Source: Candidatus Geothermocultor quzhuomuensis
GTDB taxonomy: Bacteria > Actinomycetota > Aquicultoria > Geothermocultorales > Geothermocultoraceae
Reading direction: 5' to 3'
NCBI GenBank assembly: GCA_015711795.1
Contig: JACVJC010000011.1
Span: 1,019-65,018 of the forward strand
Length of the DNA stretch: 64,000 nt
Below the pieces are notes generated by a model. It made no database searches and had not been told where the DNA came from. It worked only from the letters and a program-made list of their open reading frames with translations. Positions 36,910 through 47,445 of this stretch are shown here, one piece after another (the stretch's first letter is position 1; the number at the start of each line of letters is the position of its first letter). The translations under genes were made by a program, and so were the position numbers.

Positions 36910-38292
36910 CTAGCTTGATTTTTCCAAAATAAATTTGGTTAACTTTAAATCTTGCGGAATTGAAATAGGATAGTACCCATCAAAACAGGCTAAGCAAAAG
37001 TCTTCTCTTGGACGACCAGTTGATTCGACTAAGGAATCAAAGGTGAGGTAGGCAAGGGAATCAGCACCAATAAATTTGCCAATTTCTTCAACAGTCTTAT
37101 CTGAAGCAATAAGTTCACTTCGATTTGCAGTATCAATTCCATAAAAACAAGGATACTTAACTGGGGGAGAAGAAATTCTCATGTGAACTTCTTTAGCTCC
37201 AGCTTCCCTTAAAATTTCGATAATTTTCTTACTAGTGGTTCCTCTTACAATTGAGTCATCCACTATAATCAAACGTTTATCCTTAATTAAATCTCTCAAG
37301 GGATTTAATTTCATCTTAACCCCAAGTTGTCTAAGAGTTTGAGCTGGTTGAATAAATGTTCTCCCAACATAGCGATTTTTAATTAAACCTTCGCAAAAAG
37401 GAATTCCTGAGCGCTCAGCATATCCAACCGCTGCGGGAGTACCTGAATCAGGAATGGGGGCAACAATATCAGCTTCAATTGGAGCTAACTCTGCTAACCT
37501 TGCTCCCATAAATCTCCTTGCCTCATAAAGATTTTTCCCATATAGAATGCTATCAGGCCGGGCAAAATAGATAAATTCAAAAATACATAAAGAGGGTTTA
37601 ATCACTGGTAAAGCTTGAATTGAAAAGAGTCCGTTTTCATCAATGATAACAATTTCTCCAGGCTCAACATCACGAACATATTTAGCTCCCACAATATCTA
37701 AACCACAAGTTTCCGAAGACAATATATAACCATTTTCTATTTTTCCAATCGTTAATGGTCTTATTCCATAAGGATCACGCACCCCAATTAGCTTTTCTTC
37801 TGTAATTAAAACAAAAGAGTAAGCTCCTCTAAGTCTTTCCATTGTTTTTTGAATTGCTTTTTCAATAGGAAAGTCAGAGTAGTAAGAAATGAGATTAACA
37901 ATAACTTCAGTATCCGAAGTTGAAACAAATTTGTTGCCCTCTTTTAAAAGTTCCTCCCGTAATTCTTCAGTATTAATTAAATTACCATTATGAGCTAAGG
38001 CAATTGCTCCGCTCTTAGTTGTTTGATAAATTGGTTGAGCATTTTCCCAGCGGGTTGAACCAGTGGTTGAGTAGCGGACATGTCCAACAGCAATTGAGCC
38101 TTGGAGAGAAACAAGGCTCTTTTCATTAAAAACCTGAGTTACTAAACCCATATCTTTGACAACTAAAATAGAGGTTCGGTCTGAAACAGCAATCCCGGCC
38201 GATTCTTGACCCCGATGTTGGAGAGCATGCAAACCAAAATAGGTTAAACGAGCAACATCTTCCTCCTTAGCATAAACGCCAAAAACACCGCA
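36910..38292 (-). CDS. purF: Amidophosphoribosyltransferase (glutamine PRPP amidotransferase)
   Basis: The track ORF starts at TTG 38232 (LHALQHRGQESAGIA). In-frame upstream sequence encodes ...KCWREE-CGVFGVYAKEEDVARLTYFG with the catalytic Cys codon at 38290-38292. The C-terminal PRTase motif is present. The true start is unresolved (see finding). Confidence 0.85.
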   Translation of the reverse strand, partial: CGVFGVYAKEEDVARLTYFGLHALQHRGQESAGIAVSDRTSILVVKDMGLVTQVFNEKSLVSLQGSIAVGHVRYSTTGSTRWENAQPIYQTTKSGAIALAHNGNLINTEELREELLKEGNKFVSTSDTEVIVNLISYYSDFPIEKAIQKTMERLRGAYSFVLITEEKLIGVRDPYGIRPLTIGKIENGYILSSETCGLDIVGAKYVRDVEPGEIVIIDENGLFSIQALPVIKPSLCIFEFIYFARPDSILYGKNLYEARRFMGARLAELAPIEADIVAPIPDSGTPAAVGYAERSGIPFCEGLIKNRYVGRTFIQPAQTLRQLGVKMKLNPLRDLIKDKRLIIVDDSIVRGTTSKKIIEILREAGAKEVHMRISSPPVKYPCFYGIDTANRSELIASDKTVEEIGKFIGADSLAYLTFDSLVESTGRPREDFCLACFDGYYPISIPQDLKLTKFILEKSS

Positions 38293-38400
38293 TTCCTCAC
38301 GCCAACATTTCAGTTGTTGGTTATTAATTATTGGTTGTTGGTAATTAAATTTTTTGAATGAGATAATTTTCCTTAACTCCCTTCATGCTGAAGAATTCAG

Positions 38401-40587
38401 CTAACCCTTGACTAGTTTGGGCAAAGCCTCCCTCCATATTTTAGCTACTTCCTTTACTTCCAAATCTATTTTATTACCAATAACTAACTTCTCGCCAGAA
38501 ACATGCCCTAAAACCTCAAAAGAAGTATCATATTGAGCCGTTAAAATTTTTAATCGCGGGAGGTCTTCTCCCCGCAAAGTAATTATAACTCTTGACTGCG
38601 ACTCACTAAATAAAAATTCAGGTTTTAAAGGAATATTAATTTCATCAATTCGAGCTCCCATCCCACTGGTCAAAGCACACTCAGCTAAAGCAACAGCTAA
38701 TCCCCCTTCAGAAACATCATGAGCAGAGAGAATTATCCCTTCCTTAATCCCCGCTAAAGTTAAAGCTTGAATTCTCTTTTCTTCTTCAAGATTTATTAAA
38801 GGCGGTTTTCCCTTAACTATGCCAAAAATTTCTTTGAGATATTCGCTTCCCCCAAGTTCCGACCGAGTTTCCCCTAAGAGAAGAATAAGGTTGCCTTCCT
38901 CAACAAAACCCATTGGGGTATGGTAAATTACATCTTCCAGTAAGCCAACCATCCCAATAATTGGTGTAGGATAAATTGCTTTTTGGAAAGATTCATTATA
39001 AAAGCTAACATTACCTGAAACAACAGGAATTCCAAGTGCTTGGCAAGCTCTAGCTATACCCTTAACTGCCTCCTTAAATTGCCAAAAAATTTGTGGGTCT
39101 TCAGGGGTACCAAAGTTTAAGCAATTAGTTAGAGCTAATGGTTTAGCACCAGAAACAACGACATTCCGAGCTGCCTCAGCTACTGCTATTTGCCCTCCCA
39201 TTAAAGGATCGAGATACGAGTAACGCCCGTTGCCATCGACTGATAAAGCAATTGCTTTCTTCGTTCCTTTAATTCTCAAAATAGCAGCATCTGAACCTGG
39301 TAAACCAATAGTATTTGTTTGAACCATATAGTCATACTGAGAATAAACCCATTCCCGAAAAGAAAGATTAGGAGAGCAAAGAAGTTTAACTAAAACTTCA
39401 TTTAAGTCCTTAGGATGAGTTAAATTTTTCAAGTTAAAACTTTCCGTTTGGGCTAAATATTGAGGCTTTTCAGCTTTGGGATTATAAACAGGCGCTTCCT
39501 TAGTTAAAGCATAAGTAGGAATTTCTCCGACTAGGTTTTCTCCCTCATAAACCTTTATTTTCCGAGAATTGATTACTTTACCAATGACTGTGGCATCCAG
39601 CCCCCACTTTTGACAAACTTCAAGGGCTTGAGAAATTTTTTCCGGTTCTACAATAGCCAGCATCCTTTCTTGAGACTCTGAAATCATCACCTCAAATGGT
39701 TGCATTCCCCGTTCTCGACGAGGGACTTTTAAAACATCAATTTCAATTCCCACTCCACCCTTAGAAGCCATTTCTGAAGAGGATGAAGTCAACCCTGCTG
39801 CTCCCAAATCCTGTAAAGCCACCAAAAGATTTTTACTCACTAATTCTAGACAAGCCTCAATTAAAAGCTTTTCAGTGAAAGGGTCACCAACTTGAACTGC
39901 TGGCTTTTTTGTCTCTAATTCTTGCCCTAACTCTTCCGATGCAAATGTACAACCATGGATGCCATCCCTTCCCGTCTTTGAGCCAATTAAAAGAACTAAG
40001 TTACCTTCACCCTTAGCATGCCCCTTGATTATATTTTCTCTTTCAACTAAACCAACACACATCACATTAACTAAGGGGTTTCCCTCATAAGCTTCTTCAA
40101 AATATAAATCTCCCCCAACTGTTGGAACTCCAATGCAGTTTCCGTAACTGGATATGCCTGCTACAACCCCTTCAAATAGATACTTAACTCTAGGTTTTTT
40201 GAGTGAGCCAAATCTTAAGGAATCAAGGAGAGCAATTGGTCGAGCCCCCATAGCAAAAATATCCCTAACTATCCCGCCAATACCAGTTGCTGCACCTTGA
40301 TAAGGCTCAATTGCACTTGGGTGATTATGAGATTCAATCTTAAAAACAACCGCTAAATTGTCTCCAATATCAACTGCACCCGCATTTTCTCCAGGGCCCT
40401 GAAGGACCCAAGGAGCCTCAGTTGGAAGCATCTTAAGAACTTCTTTGGAGTGTTTATAAGCACAGTGTTCCGACCACATCACTGAAAACATCGAAAGCTC
40501 AAGATAGTTAGGTTCTCTCCCAAGAAGCTCACAAATTCTTTGGTATTCTTCTTTTCTTAAACCTAATTCTTTATAGAGAAGGGCCAT
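38401..40587 (-). CDS. purL: Phosphoribosylformylglycinamidine synthase II (small PurL)
   Basis: 728 aa, AIRS/AIRS_C duplicated domains, N-terminal [16 protein letters not shown]. Confidence 0.9.
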   Translation of the reverse strand: MALLYKELGLRKEEYQRICELLGREPNYLELSMFSVMWSEHCAYKHSKEVLKMLPTEAPWVLQGPGENAGAVDIGDNLAVVFKIESHNHPSAIEPYQGAATGIGGIVRDIFAMGARPIALLDSLRFGSLKKPRVKYLFEGVVAGISSYGNCIGVPTVGGDLYFEEAYEGNPLVNVMCVGLVERENIIKGHAKGEGNLVLLIGSKTGRDGIHGCTFASEELGQELETKKPAVQVGDPFTEKLLIEACLELVSKNLLVALQDLGAAGLTSSSSEMASKGGVGIEIDVLKVPRRERGMQPFEVMISESQERMLAIVEPEKISQALEVCQKWGLDATVIGKVINSRKIKVYEGENLVGEIPTYALTKEAPVYNPKAEKPQYLAQTESFNLKNLTHPKDLNEVLVKLLCSPNLSFREWVYSQYDYMVQTNTIGLPGSDAAILRIKGTKKAIALSVDGNGRYSYLDPLMGGQIAVAEAARNVVVSGAKPLALTNCLNFGTPEDPQIFWQFKEAVKGIARACQALGIPVVSGNVSFYNESFQKAIYPTPIIGMVGLLEDVIYHTPMGFVEEGNLILLLGETRSELGGSEYLKEIFGIVKGKPPLINLEEEKRIQALTLAGIKEGIILSAHDVSEGGLAVALAECALTSGMGARIDEINIPLKPEFLFSESQSRVIITLRGEDLPRLKILTAQYDTSFEVLGHVSGEKLVIGNKIDLEVKEVAKIWREALPKLVKG

Positions 40588-40677
40588 TTAATCCTCTAAA
40601 ATTAATAAACTTTTGAATTTTTCTATTTAAAGTCAGTTAAAGATGTTTTTCCCTCTTTAACTCTGATCTTTCAGAAA

Positions 40678-40953
40678 TTAATATTTTATATCAAAAGAAT
40701 TAAATTCACCTTGATATTCATCCCAAGTTACTTGAACATTGGTTACATGAGCTGAGGGAGGACCCTTATGACACCAAGCAATCATCCATTTAATTTCATC
40801 CTCATCTCCTTCAAAAAGAGCTTCCACCCTTCCATCTGGTAAATTCCTAACCCAGCCAGTCAACCCAAGCTCACTTGCTTTTTCTCTAGTATAAGAGCGG
40901 AAAAAAACCCCTTGGACATATCCCTCAATTAAAACATAAGCTCTCTTCTTCAT
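40678..40953 (-). CDS. acyP: Acylphosphatase
   Basis: VQGVFFRSYTREKASELGLTGWVRNLPDGRVE (acylphosphatase signatures 1 and 2). Confidence 0.8.
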   Translation of the reverse strand: MKKRAYVLIEGYVQGVFFRSYTREKASELGLTGWVRNLPDGRVEALFEGDEDEIKWMIAWCHKGPPSAHVTNVQVTWDEYQGEFNSFDIKY

Positions 40954-40963
40954 CTCCCTAATT

Positions 40964-41542
40964 TTAAAGGCGTGGCTTGCAAATAATTTCTTTTACCTTT
41001 AAATCAAAAAAAGACTGGGTATTAGCTGCTTCAATTATAGCAGCTGCGTCAGCACCCCTACCAGTTCCAGCGACTGCAATAACTTCTTCTCCAGCTTTTA
41101 CTAATCCAGCATCAGCAGCCATTAAAGTTATTTCTACCGCTACCTTAATTCCCTCGCCAAATATTCTTAAAGTACTAGCAATAATATCGTCAAGCTCATA
41201 AGTTTTAAACTTTTTCCTAACTGCTCTTCCAATACCACCAAAAGCATGAATAGAGGTTATAATTTTTGCTCCTTCTTTTTCTATTATCTTTTTATTTCTC
41301 TCCGTTAACTCCTGAACATTTGTTTGAGCAAAGCCAAAAGAATGAGTTACCACGATAAGATTAAATCCTTTGAAGATTTTTGCCGCTTTAACCCCCGTTT
41401 CCCCTTGAGTAGTAGCAACAATAATACTCTTAATTCCACGCCTCTGAGCTACCTCTTTAGCCAACTCTAAAACACGACTTGTGTTTTGAGGTCCCTTTTC
41501 CCAAAAATAAACAATCTTTTCAACTAGCTCTTTCTCTCCCAT
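40964..41542 (-). CDS. Standalone pyruvate-kinase C-terminal (alpha/beta, PK_C-like) domain protein
   Basis: SIIVATTQGETGVKAAKIFKGFNLIVVTHS...GEEVIAVAGTGRG resembles the PK C-terminal domain (aIIVlTeSGrtA...PiiAvT...GdvVvvltG). Confidence 0.4.
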   Translation of the reverse strand: MGEKELVEKIVYFWEKGPQNTSRVLELAKEVAQRRGIKSIIVATTQGETGVKAAKIFKGFNLIVVTHSFGFAQTNVQELTERNKKIIEKEGAKIITSIHAFGGIGRAVRKKFKTYELDDIIASTLRIFGEGIKVAVEITLMAADAGLVKAGEEVIAVAGTGRGADAAAIIEAANTQSFFDLKVKEIICKPRL

Positions 41543-41554
41543 TAACTTACCTCA

Positions 41555-41977
41555 TCAAGTAGCTAAATCTTTATAAATTTCTTCAAGATCTTTTTTAGTT
41601 AAAGCTCGTTGCGATAATAAGAAAGATAAGTGTTCATCAACATCACGAAGCCTCTTACAGAGGAGCCTAATAAACAGTTCAGCAAATTCACCATCTTCAG
41701 CAATTTTCCTTATCAATTTTTCTTTGCTTAATGGTTCAACCTCTACATCATCGATAGCAATAGCTGTTCCAACCGCCCCACTACTAGTAAAAACGCTCAT
41801 TTCTCCAAAAAAAGAGCCTACTGTTAGCTGAGCCAGTTCCACTTTGCTTCCCTCAATATCCCGTATTATCTTGACTCTCCCTCTTTTTATTAAATAAACA
41901 AAGGGACTTATTTCTCCTTGCTTTAGTATTTTTTGGCCAGGTGAAAATTTTCTTCTTGCACTCCTCTTTTTAGCCAT
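41555..41977 (-). CDS. Standalone cyclic-nucleotide-binding (cNMP) domain protein, no HTH
   Basis: FSPGQKILKQGEISPFVYLIKRGRVKI...GSFFGEMSV is the cNMP-binding beta-barrel signature. 140 aa. Confidence 0.7.
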   Translation of the reverse strand: MAKKRSARRKFSPGQKILKQGEISPFVYLIKRGRVKIIRDIEGSKVELAQLTVGSFFGEMSVFTSSGAVGTAIAIDDVEVEPLSKEKLIRKIAEDGEFAELFIRLLCKRLRDVDEHLSFLLSQRALTKKDLEEIYKDLAT

Positions 41978-42240
41978 TATTTACCCCAATTCCATAAATC
42001 AAGGTTATTTTAAAAACATTATAGCATTCCCAAACAGCCAGAAAACAAATTCTTCTTTTTGGTCTGCTTGATATATCAGAAGAATACACAATAAAACAAT
42101 GAGTTATAATTGAGAGATTTTTTAAAAATTATTTGGAACATCTTGAAAGTTTTTGCCTTGAACAACTCAATCAAAGCAATTAAAAATGAAAAAAAATTAA
42201 TTAAACTAAGATAATAGAGTGATAATTAACCAAAAAGATT

Positions 42241-42831
42241 TTAACTAGAAGTATTTTGTTCTTCCCATGCCTTTCTAACTACTTCCCAAATCTTAATAGA
42301 AGCTTCTTTCATTGCTGAGTTGTAAATCAAAATTCCTTTATCTCGAACTCTCATGCTCGAAGCCTCTATTTCAATTAATCCAGTTTGGTCACGGACCATT
42401 TCGAGCCAAGCTTCAACTTGACTTTGAGCGTTATCTAAGCTCGACTGAGTAATTTTGGAAAATTCTCGGGCAATAACCTCAAGGTTTACACCTTCAGCAA
42501 ACTCAGGTTTCTTTAAAAATGAAACAAGCACCAAAACAACCGAATGAGCCATTAAAAAAAGAATTTCATCTTCTCGAGTTAGTAAATTTAACTCTTTTAA
42601 TTTATCAAAAATGGACAATAATCGATTCTTTATCTCGCTTTTTCTTTTTTCCACTTCTTCCACTGCTGAAGCAGCTTCTTTTTCCTCTTGCACCACTCCT
42701 TCTTTCTTCCTCATTTCTTCTTCAATTTCTTTTCTCACAGCTTCTTTTAGCTTTTCAACTTCAGCTTTATAATTTTTAAAAGTCTCTTTACCTTCCTCTT
42801 TTTCCTCGCCTCGCCTACCAAAGAGTCTCAT
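42241..42831 (-). CDS. Hypothetical acidic coiled-coil protein
   Basis: ORF only. E/K-rich N-terminus. Confidence 0.3.
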   Translation of the reverse strand: MRLFGRRGEEKEEGKETFKNYKAEVEKLKEAVRKEIEEEMRKKEGVVQEEKEAASAVEEVEKRKSEIKNRLLSIFDKLKELNLLTREDEILFLMAHSVVLVLVSFLKKPEFAEGVNLEVIAREFSKITQSSLDNAQSQVEAWLEMVRDQTGLIEIEASSMRVRDKGILIYNSAMKEASIKIWEVVRKAWEEQNTSS

Positions 42832-42959
42832 CTTATCACCTCCTTAAAGAGGTCAATTAAAAAACCAATCACTTATAAAGTTACAAGTTATTTAAAATTT
42901 TGTCAAAGGATTAAATTGAGCCCTTTTTTCATTTAAGTTAATAGTATTCTTGGTAAAAG

Positions 42960-44297
42960 CTAGAAAGAGATTGTGCATCCCTTCTCCTCAATTTGATTCT
43001 TAAAAACAATGCTCAGTCCTAAAAGAAGCCAGAATAAGATGCCTGTTGAGGGAACATACCAAGAATAATCAAATGAATTGTGAACCCAAAAAACTATCAG
43101 GCTTAAAACAAAGCTAAAATAAAGGGAGCTATCTCGATCCCAAACTTTTCGAAATTCCCTAAAAATAAAGACGCAAATAAAAGCAAGCCCAAGAAGACTA
43201 AAAATTCCATATTCAGCTCCTATTTGAAAAAATGAGTTAAAAGCTGACTCCGAAGAGGGCTTACCTTTTTGATATAAAGAGTAAACTTGAGAAAAAGTTC
43301 CAATACCTGAACCCGTTAAAGGAAAATCAGCAATTACCTTAAAACTTATTTTCCATAGTGGTAATTTTGAAGCAATGCTTTCTTCTTTTGTCTTCCAGTC
43401 TTTTTTAAAAAAAAGTGCAGGATTTTCTATAGACCCTTGAAAAAATCCGGTAGCAAGGAAAAGAAATGCTACCAAAGCAAAGGTTAAACCAAGTAAAATT
43501 AATCCTTTTTTTAAATAATAAGGCTTCCTCTCAAGCCAATAAAGAACCATAAAACCTAAGAATAAAAGCATTAAGACAATGCCTGTTTGAGACCGAGAAA
43601 ACAAAATTGCTGTTGACATTAAGGCTAAAGTTAAAGCAGCAAAGAGAGATTTAAATGTTCCTTTTTCTTCAAGTGAAAGAGTAACTGAAAGAGGAATTAC
43701 CATTAAAAGAAGAGCTGCCATAATTTCTGGACTTGTGAATTGGGCAAAGACCTGACCCGATGAAAAAAAAGAGTTAATTTGATTGTTTATTTGAAAAATA
43801 TTTACCCCTTTAATCGCTTGCCAAATAGCGTAGAGACTAATAATAAAACCATCTAATATTAAAACCCAAGCTACAAGTGGTCCATCCTTATGGGTAAACA
43901 AATTAATGGTAAAAAAGAAAGTTGCAAAATAAGCAAGGAGTAAAATCAAGCCAAAGAAAGACTGCTTTAAGTTTGTTTGCGGGGAAAAAGATATTATTGC
44001 ACCTAAAAGCATAAAAAAAACTGGAATAGTCATCATCGGTGACCATTTCCATTTCCAATTTAAGAAAAAACGGAAAATAAGAAAGGAGAAAAAGAAAAGA
44101 GGGAACAAAATAAAAACAACTATACACTCTTTTAAATTATAACTGCCCCAATAATTTTCACAAGAACAAAATGGAGTTAAAATTAAAAAAATTAAAGCTA
44201 AAAAAAATATTTGAAAAAAGAAGAGCCCTTTATTATTAAAAATTTTTGATAAAAACCCTTGTTCATTTCTGCAAATCAATATTTCCCCTAGCCTCAT
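42960..44297 (-). CDS. Polytopic membrane protein, O-antigen ligase/Wzy_C-like
   Basis: ~10 TM, a large external loop near the C-terminal third, Phe-rich. Assignment is by architecture only. Confidence 0.35.
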   Translation of the reverse strand: MRLGEILICRNEQGFLSKIFNNKGLFFFQIFFLALIFLILTPFCSCENYWGSYNLKECIVVFILFPLFFFSFLIFRFFLNWKWKWSPMMTIPVFFMLLGAIISFSPQTNLKQSFFGLILLLAYFATFFFTINLFTHKDGPLVAWVLILDGFIISLYAIWQAIKGVNIFQINNQINSFFSSGQVFAQFTSPEIMAALLLMVIPLSVTLSLEEKGTFKSLFAALTLALMSTAILFSRSQTGIVLMLLFLGFMVLYWLERKPYYLKKGLILLGLTFALVAFLFLATGFFQGSIENPALFFKKDWKTKEESIASKLPLWKISFKVIADFPLTGSGIGTFSQVYSLYQKGKPSSESAFNSFFQIGAEYGIFSLLGLAFICVFIFREFRKVWDRDSSLYFSFVLSLIVFWVHNSFDYSWYVPSTGILFWLLLGLSIVFKNQIEEKGCTISF

Positions 44298-44355
44298 TAA
44301 AAAGTTGAAAAAGATAAAATAATTTTATAAAAAAATTGAGAAAGATTAAAGAGGG

Positions 44356-45372
44356 CTAAGAAGAAGCGACTTTTTCAGCAATTGCTTCAGCCATTTCCTT
44401 AGTTCCTGCTTTTCCTCCTAAATCATAGGTGACATGCTTTCCTTCCAGAATTATCTCTCTTACAGCTTTCTCAATTTTTTTTGCTGCTTCTTCTTCACCT
44501 AGATGCTTGAGCATTAAGGAAGCGGAAAGGATAATAGCAGTTGGGTTAACTTTGTTTTTACCTGCATATTTAGGAGCACTGCCGTGAACAGGTTCAAAAA
44601 CCGCACACTCGTCACCAAAATTAGCTCCAGGTGCAACACCTAAACCACCAACTAAACCTGCACACAAATCAGACAAAATATCCCCATAAAGATTAGGACA
44701 AAGTAAAACATCATATAATTCTGGTTTCTGAACAAGCTGCATGCACATATTATCCACGATGCGGTCTTCAAATTTAATTTGTGGATATTGGGTTGCCACT
44801 TCACGGGCACATTCTAGAAACAAGCCATCAGAATATTTCATGATATTAGCCTTATGGACTGCTGTTATTTTCTCACGATTTTCACGAACGGCATATTCAA
44901 AAGCAAATTTAGCAATTCTTGTAGAAGCCCTTCGAGTAATCCTTTTAATGCTTTCAGCTGTATTTTTATCAACCATTCTTTCAATCCCAGCATACAAATC
45001 CTCAGTGTTTTCTCGGATAACAACTAAATCAATATTCTCATAGAATGTTTTCACACCTTTCAAAGTAAAAGCTGGACGAACACAAGCATATAAATCTAAT
45101 TCCTTCCGAAGTAACACATTAACACTTCGAAAACCAGAACCTACTGGAGTAGTAATTGGCCCTTTTATTGCAACTTTGTTTTTGCGAATTGAAGCTAAGA
45201 CACTTTCAGGAAGAGGTGTCCCATATTTTTCAATTACATCAGCCCCAGCTTCAACTTCCTCCCACTCAATTTCAACCTGAGTACTTTCAACAACCTTTCG
45301 CATTGTTTGAATTAGTTCTGGACCAGTGCCATCACCTGGAATAACAGTTACTTTATGCATCTTTTCACCCAA
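44356..45372 (-). CDS. leuB: 3-isopropylmalate / homoisocitrate dehydrogenase family (beta-decarboxylating dehydrogenase)
   Basis: [16 protein letters not shown]..., [14 protein letters not shown], 338 aa. Confidence 0.8.
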   Translation of the reverse strand: MGEKMHKVTVIPGDGTGPELIQTMRKVVESTQVEIEWEEVEAGADVIEKYGTPLPESVLASIRKNKVAIKGPITTPVGSGFRSVNVLLRKELDLYACVRPAFTLKGVKTFYENIDLVVIRENTEDLYAGIERMVDKNTAESIKRITRRASTRIAKFAFEYAVRENREKITAVHKANIMKYSDGLFLECAREVATQYPQIKFEDRIVDNMCMQLVQKPELYDVLLCPNLYGDILSDLCAGLVGGLGVAPGANFGDECAVFEPVHGSAPKYAGKNKVNPTAIILSASLMLKHLGEEEAAKKIEKAVREIILEGKHVTYDLGGKAGTKEMAEAIAEKVASS

Positions 45373-45427
45373 ATAATTAAAAGTAATAAATTCCTTGTTT
45401 TATCTTTTCACCTCACTCCTGAAAGCT

Positions 45428-45934
45428 TCAATCTATCTTAAATCCTTTATATTTCTTAAAATGCTCAACTAAGCCTCCGTCATTTAAAATTTTAATCATC
45501 ATTTGAGGAAGAGGCTTTATTGAAAGGATTAAATTCTTAGTGATATTTTTGACTTGCCCTTCTTCTAAATTGACTTCAATTTCGTCTCCATTTTCAATTT
45601 GGTCAGTATCGCATTCAATAACAGGTAATCCAGTGTTAATAGCATTTCTAAAAAATATTCGAGCAAATGACTTTGCTAAAACGGCAGAGATACCAGCAAA
45701 TTTAATTACTAAAGGAGCTTGTTCTCGGCTAGAACCACAACCAAAATTTTTTCCAGCGACAATGAAATCACCTGGCTTTATTTTTTGATAAAAAGATTCA
45801 TCAAGGTCTTCCATTAAATGCTGTGAAAGTTCTTTCATATCAATGGTCTTAAACTTATATCGTCCTGAAATTATATAATCAGTATTTAAATCATCGATAT
45901 TAAACTTATGAACTTTTCCTTTTAAAACCATCAA
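45428..45934 (-). CDS. leuD: 3-isopropylmalate dehydratase / homoaconitase small subunit (archaeal-type short LeuD)
   Basis: 168 aa. GDNIDTD-like DDLNTDYIIS, FIVAGKNFGCGSSREQAP. Confidence 0.8.
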   Translation of the reverse strand: MMVLKGKVHKFNIDDLNTDYIISGRYKFKTIDMKELSQHLMEDLDESFYQKIKPGDFIVAGKNFGCGSSREQAPLVIKFAGISAVLAKSFARIFFRNAINTGLPVIECDTDQIENGDEIEVNLEEGQVKNITKNLILSIKPLPQMMIKILNDGGLVEHFKKYKGFKID

Positions 45935-46176
45935 TTCACTCCTACAAACCCTTAATTGCTTTCACTTTTCAATTTTTTGACTAGTTTTTCTTCATTTTCT
46001 ATCCTTTTTCAATTAAAATCAAAGATTAATTTACTTCTTGCTTGCCCTTTAATCATCTTTTCAACCATTGCCACTTTCTCAAAATTGTGAGAATGAAATT
46101 GCTATTTTGATCCTAGCTCACCGTTATTGCTCAGCGAGTGAGAGCCAGAAGCCAAGAACTAAGGGCTACTTTTTCC

Positions 46177-47445
46177 TCAATCTAACCTTTTTTCTAAGTA
46201 TTTTCTCGGGTCAGCAATTTTTCCCTCAATTGCTGAAGCAGCTACGGTAGCAGGAGAAGCCAAGTAAATGAAAGCATTGGGATTGCCCATTCTTCCTTTA
46301 AAATTACGATTGGCAGAAGAAATAATGTTTTCGCCATCAGAAGGAATTCCATTATGAGTCCCAACACAACAACCACAACCTGGAGTAACAACAACCCCAC
46401 CAGCTTCAACTAAGACTTCAATTAGCCCTTTTTTAATTGCAGTTAGAAAAATTTCTCTCGAAGCAGGGGCAATAATAAATCGAACCCCACTTTTTACTTT
46501 TCGCCCCTTCATGATTTGTGCTGCTATCTCCAAATCTTCTAGCCTCCCATTGGTGCATGTCCCAAGAAAAGCCTGGCTAATTTCAGTCCCTTCCACCTCA
46601 CCTATAGGTATTACGTTATCGACTTGATGGGGCTTAGCCACTTGGGGTTCGAGATAAGAAACATTAAACTCAAAACTTTTTTCATAAAGGGCATCGTCAT
46701 CGGAGAACAGCGGATTAGACTTTTTTCTTGAGTGTTTGTTAACCCAAGTTAGAGTTTCCTCATCGGGAGCAATTAATCCAACCTTAGCTCCCATCTCAAC
46801 TGCCATATTAGAAAGCGTAAAGCGGGCTTCAACTGACAACTCTTTAATTGCTCCTCCTTTAAACTCAATTGATTTATATGTTGCACCATCAGCTGTAATT
46901 TTTCCAATCAAAAATAAGGCAAGATCCTTAGAATAAACTCCTCGGGGTAATTTCCCTTTTAAAATAAGTTCAAAAGTTTCAGGAACCTTAAACCACATTT
47001 TGCCAGAAATTAAGGCAGCGGCTAAATCCGTTGAGCCAAGACCAGTAGCAAATGCTCCTAAGGCACCATAGGTGCAAGTATGAGAATCTGCACCAATAAC
47101 TAAATCACCGGGAACAACATGGCCTTTTTCAGGCAAAAGTTGATGGCAAACTCCTTCCCCAACTTCATAAAGGATTATTCCGTACTTTTGAGCAAAATCT
47201 CTCATCATTTTGTGAAGGGATGAGACACCTTCATTAGGGCTGGGGGCACTATGGTCAATAACAAAAGCAATTTTAGAAGAATCAAAAACTCTTTCGCCAC
47301 CCATTTCATTAAAGGCTTTAATTACTAAAGGAGCAGTACCATCTTGAGCCATTATAAAATCAAGATTTGCCAGGACTATCTCACCAGTTGAAACTTTTTT
47401 ACCACTTTTAAGACTTAAAATTTTTTCTGCTAAAGTTTCTCCCAA
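46177..47445 (-). CDS. leuC: 3-isopropylmalate dehydratase / homoaconitase large subunit (archaeal-type 420-aa LeuC)
   Basis: Aconitase-family Fe-S Cys ligands (GTCTNGR, PGCGCCVG), 422 aa. Confidence 0.85.
   Translation of the reverse strand: MGETLAEKILSLKSGKKVSTGEIVLANLDFIMAQDGTAPLVIKAFNEMGGERVFDSSKIAFVIDHSAPSPNEGVSSLHKMMRDFAQKYGIILYEVGEGVCHQLLPEKGHVVPGDLVIGADSHTCTYGALGAFATGLGSTDLAAALISGKMWFKVPETFELILKGKLPRGVYSKDLALFLIGKITADGATYKSIEFKGGAIKELSVEARFTLSNMAVEMGAKVGLIAPDEETLTWVNKHSRKKSNPLFSDDDALYEKSFEFNVSYLEPQVAKPHQVDNVIPIGEVEGTEISQAFLGTCTNGRLEDLEIAAQIMKGRKVKSGVRFIIAPASREIFLTAIKKGLIEVLVEAGGVVVTPGCGCCVGTHNGIPSDGENIISSANRNFKGRMGNPNAFIYLASPATVAASAIEGKIADPRKYLEKRLD

Noticed and set aside
45935-46176. 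T-box leader upstream of leuD
   Set aside because: There is no AGGGUGGNACCGCG T-box sequence or specifier-loop architecture, and the gap is inside rather than ahead of the gene cluster.
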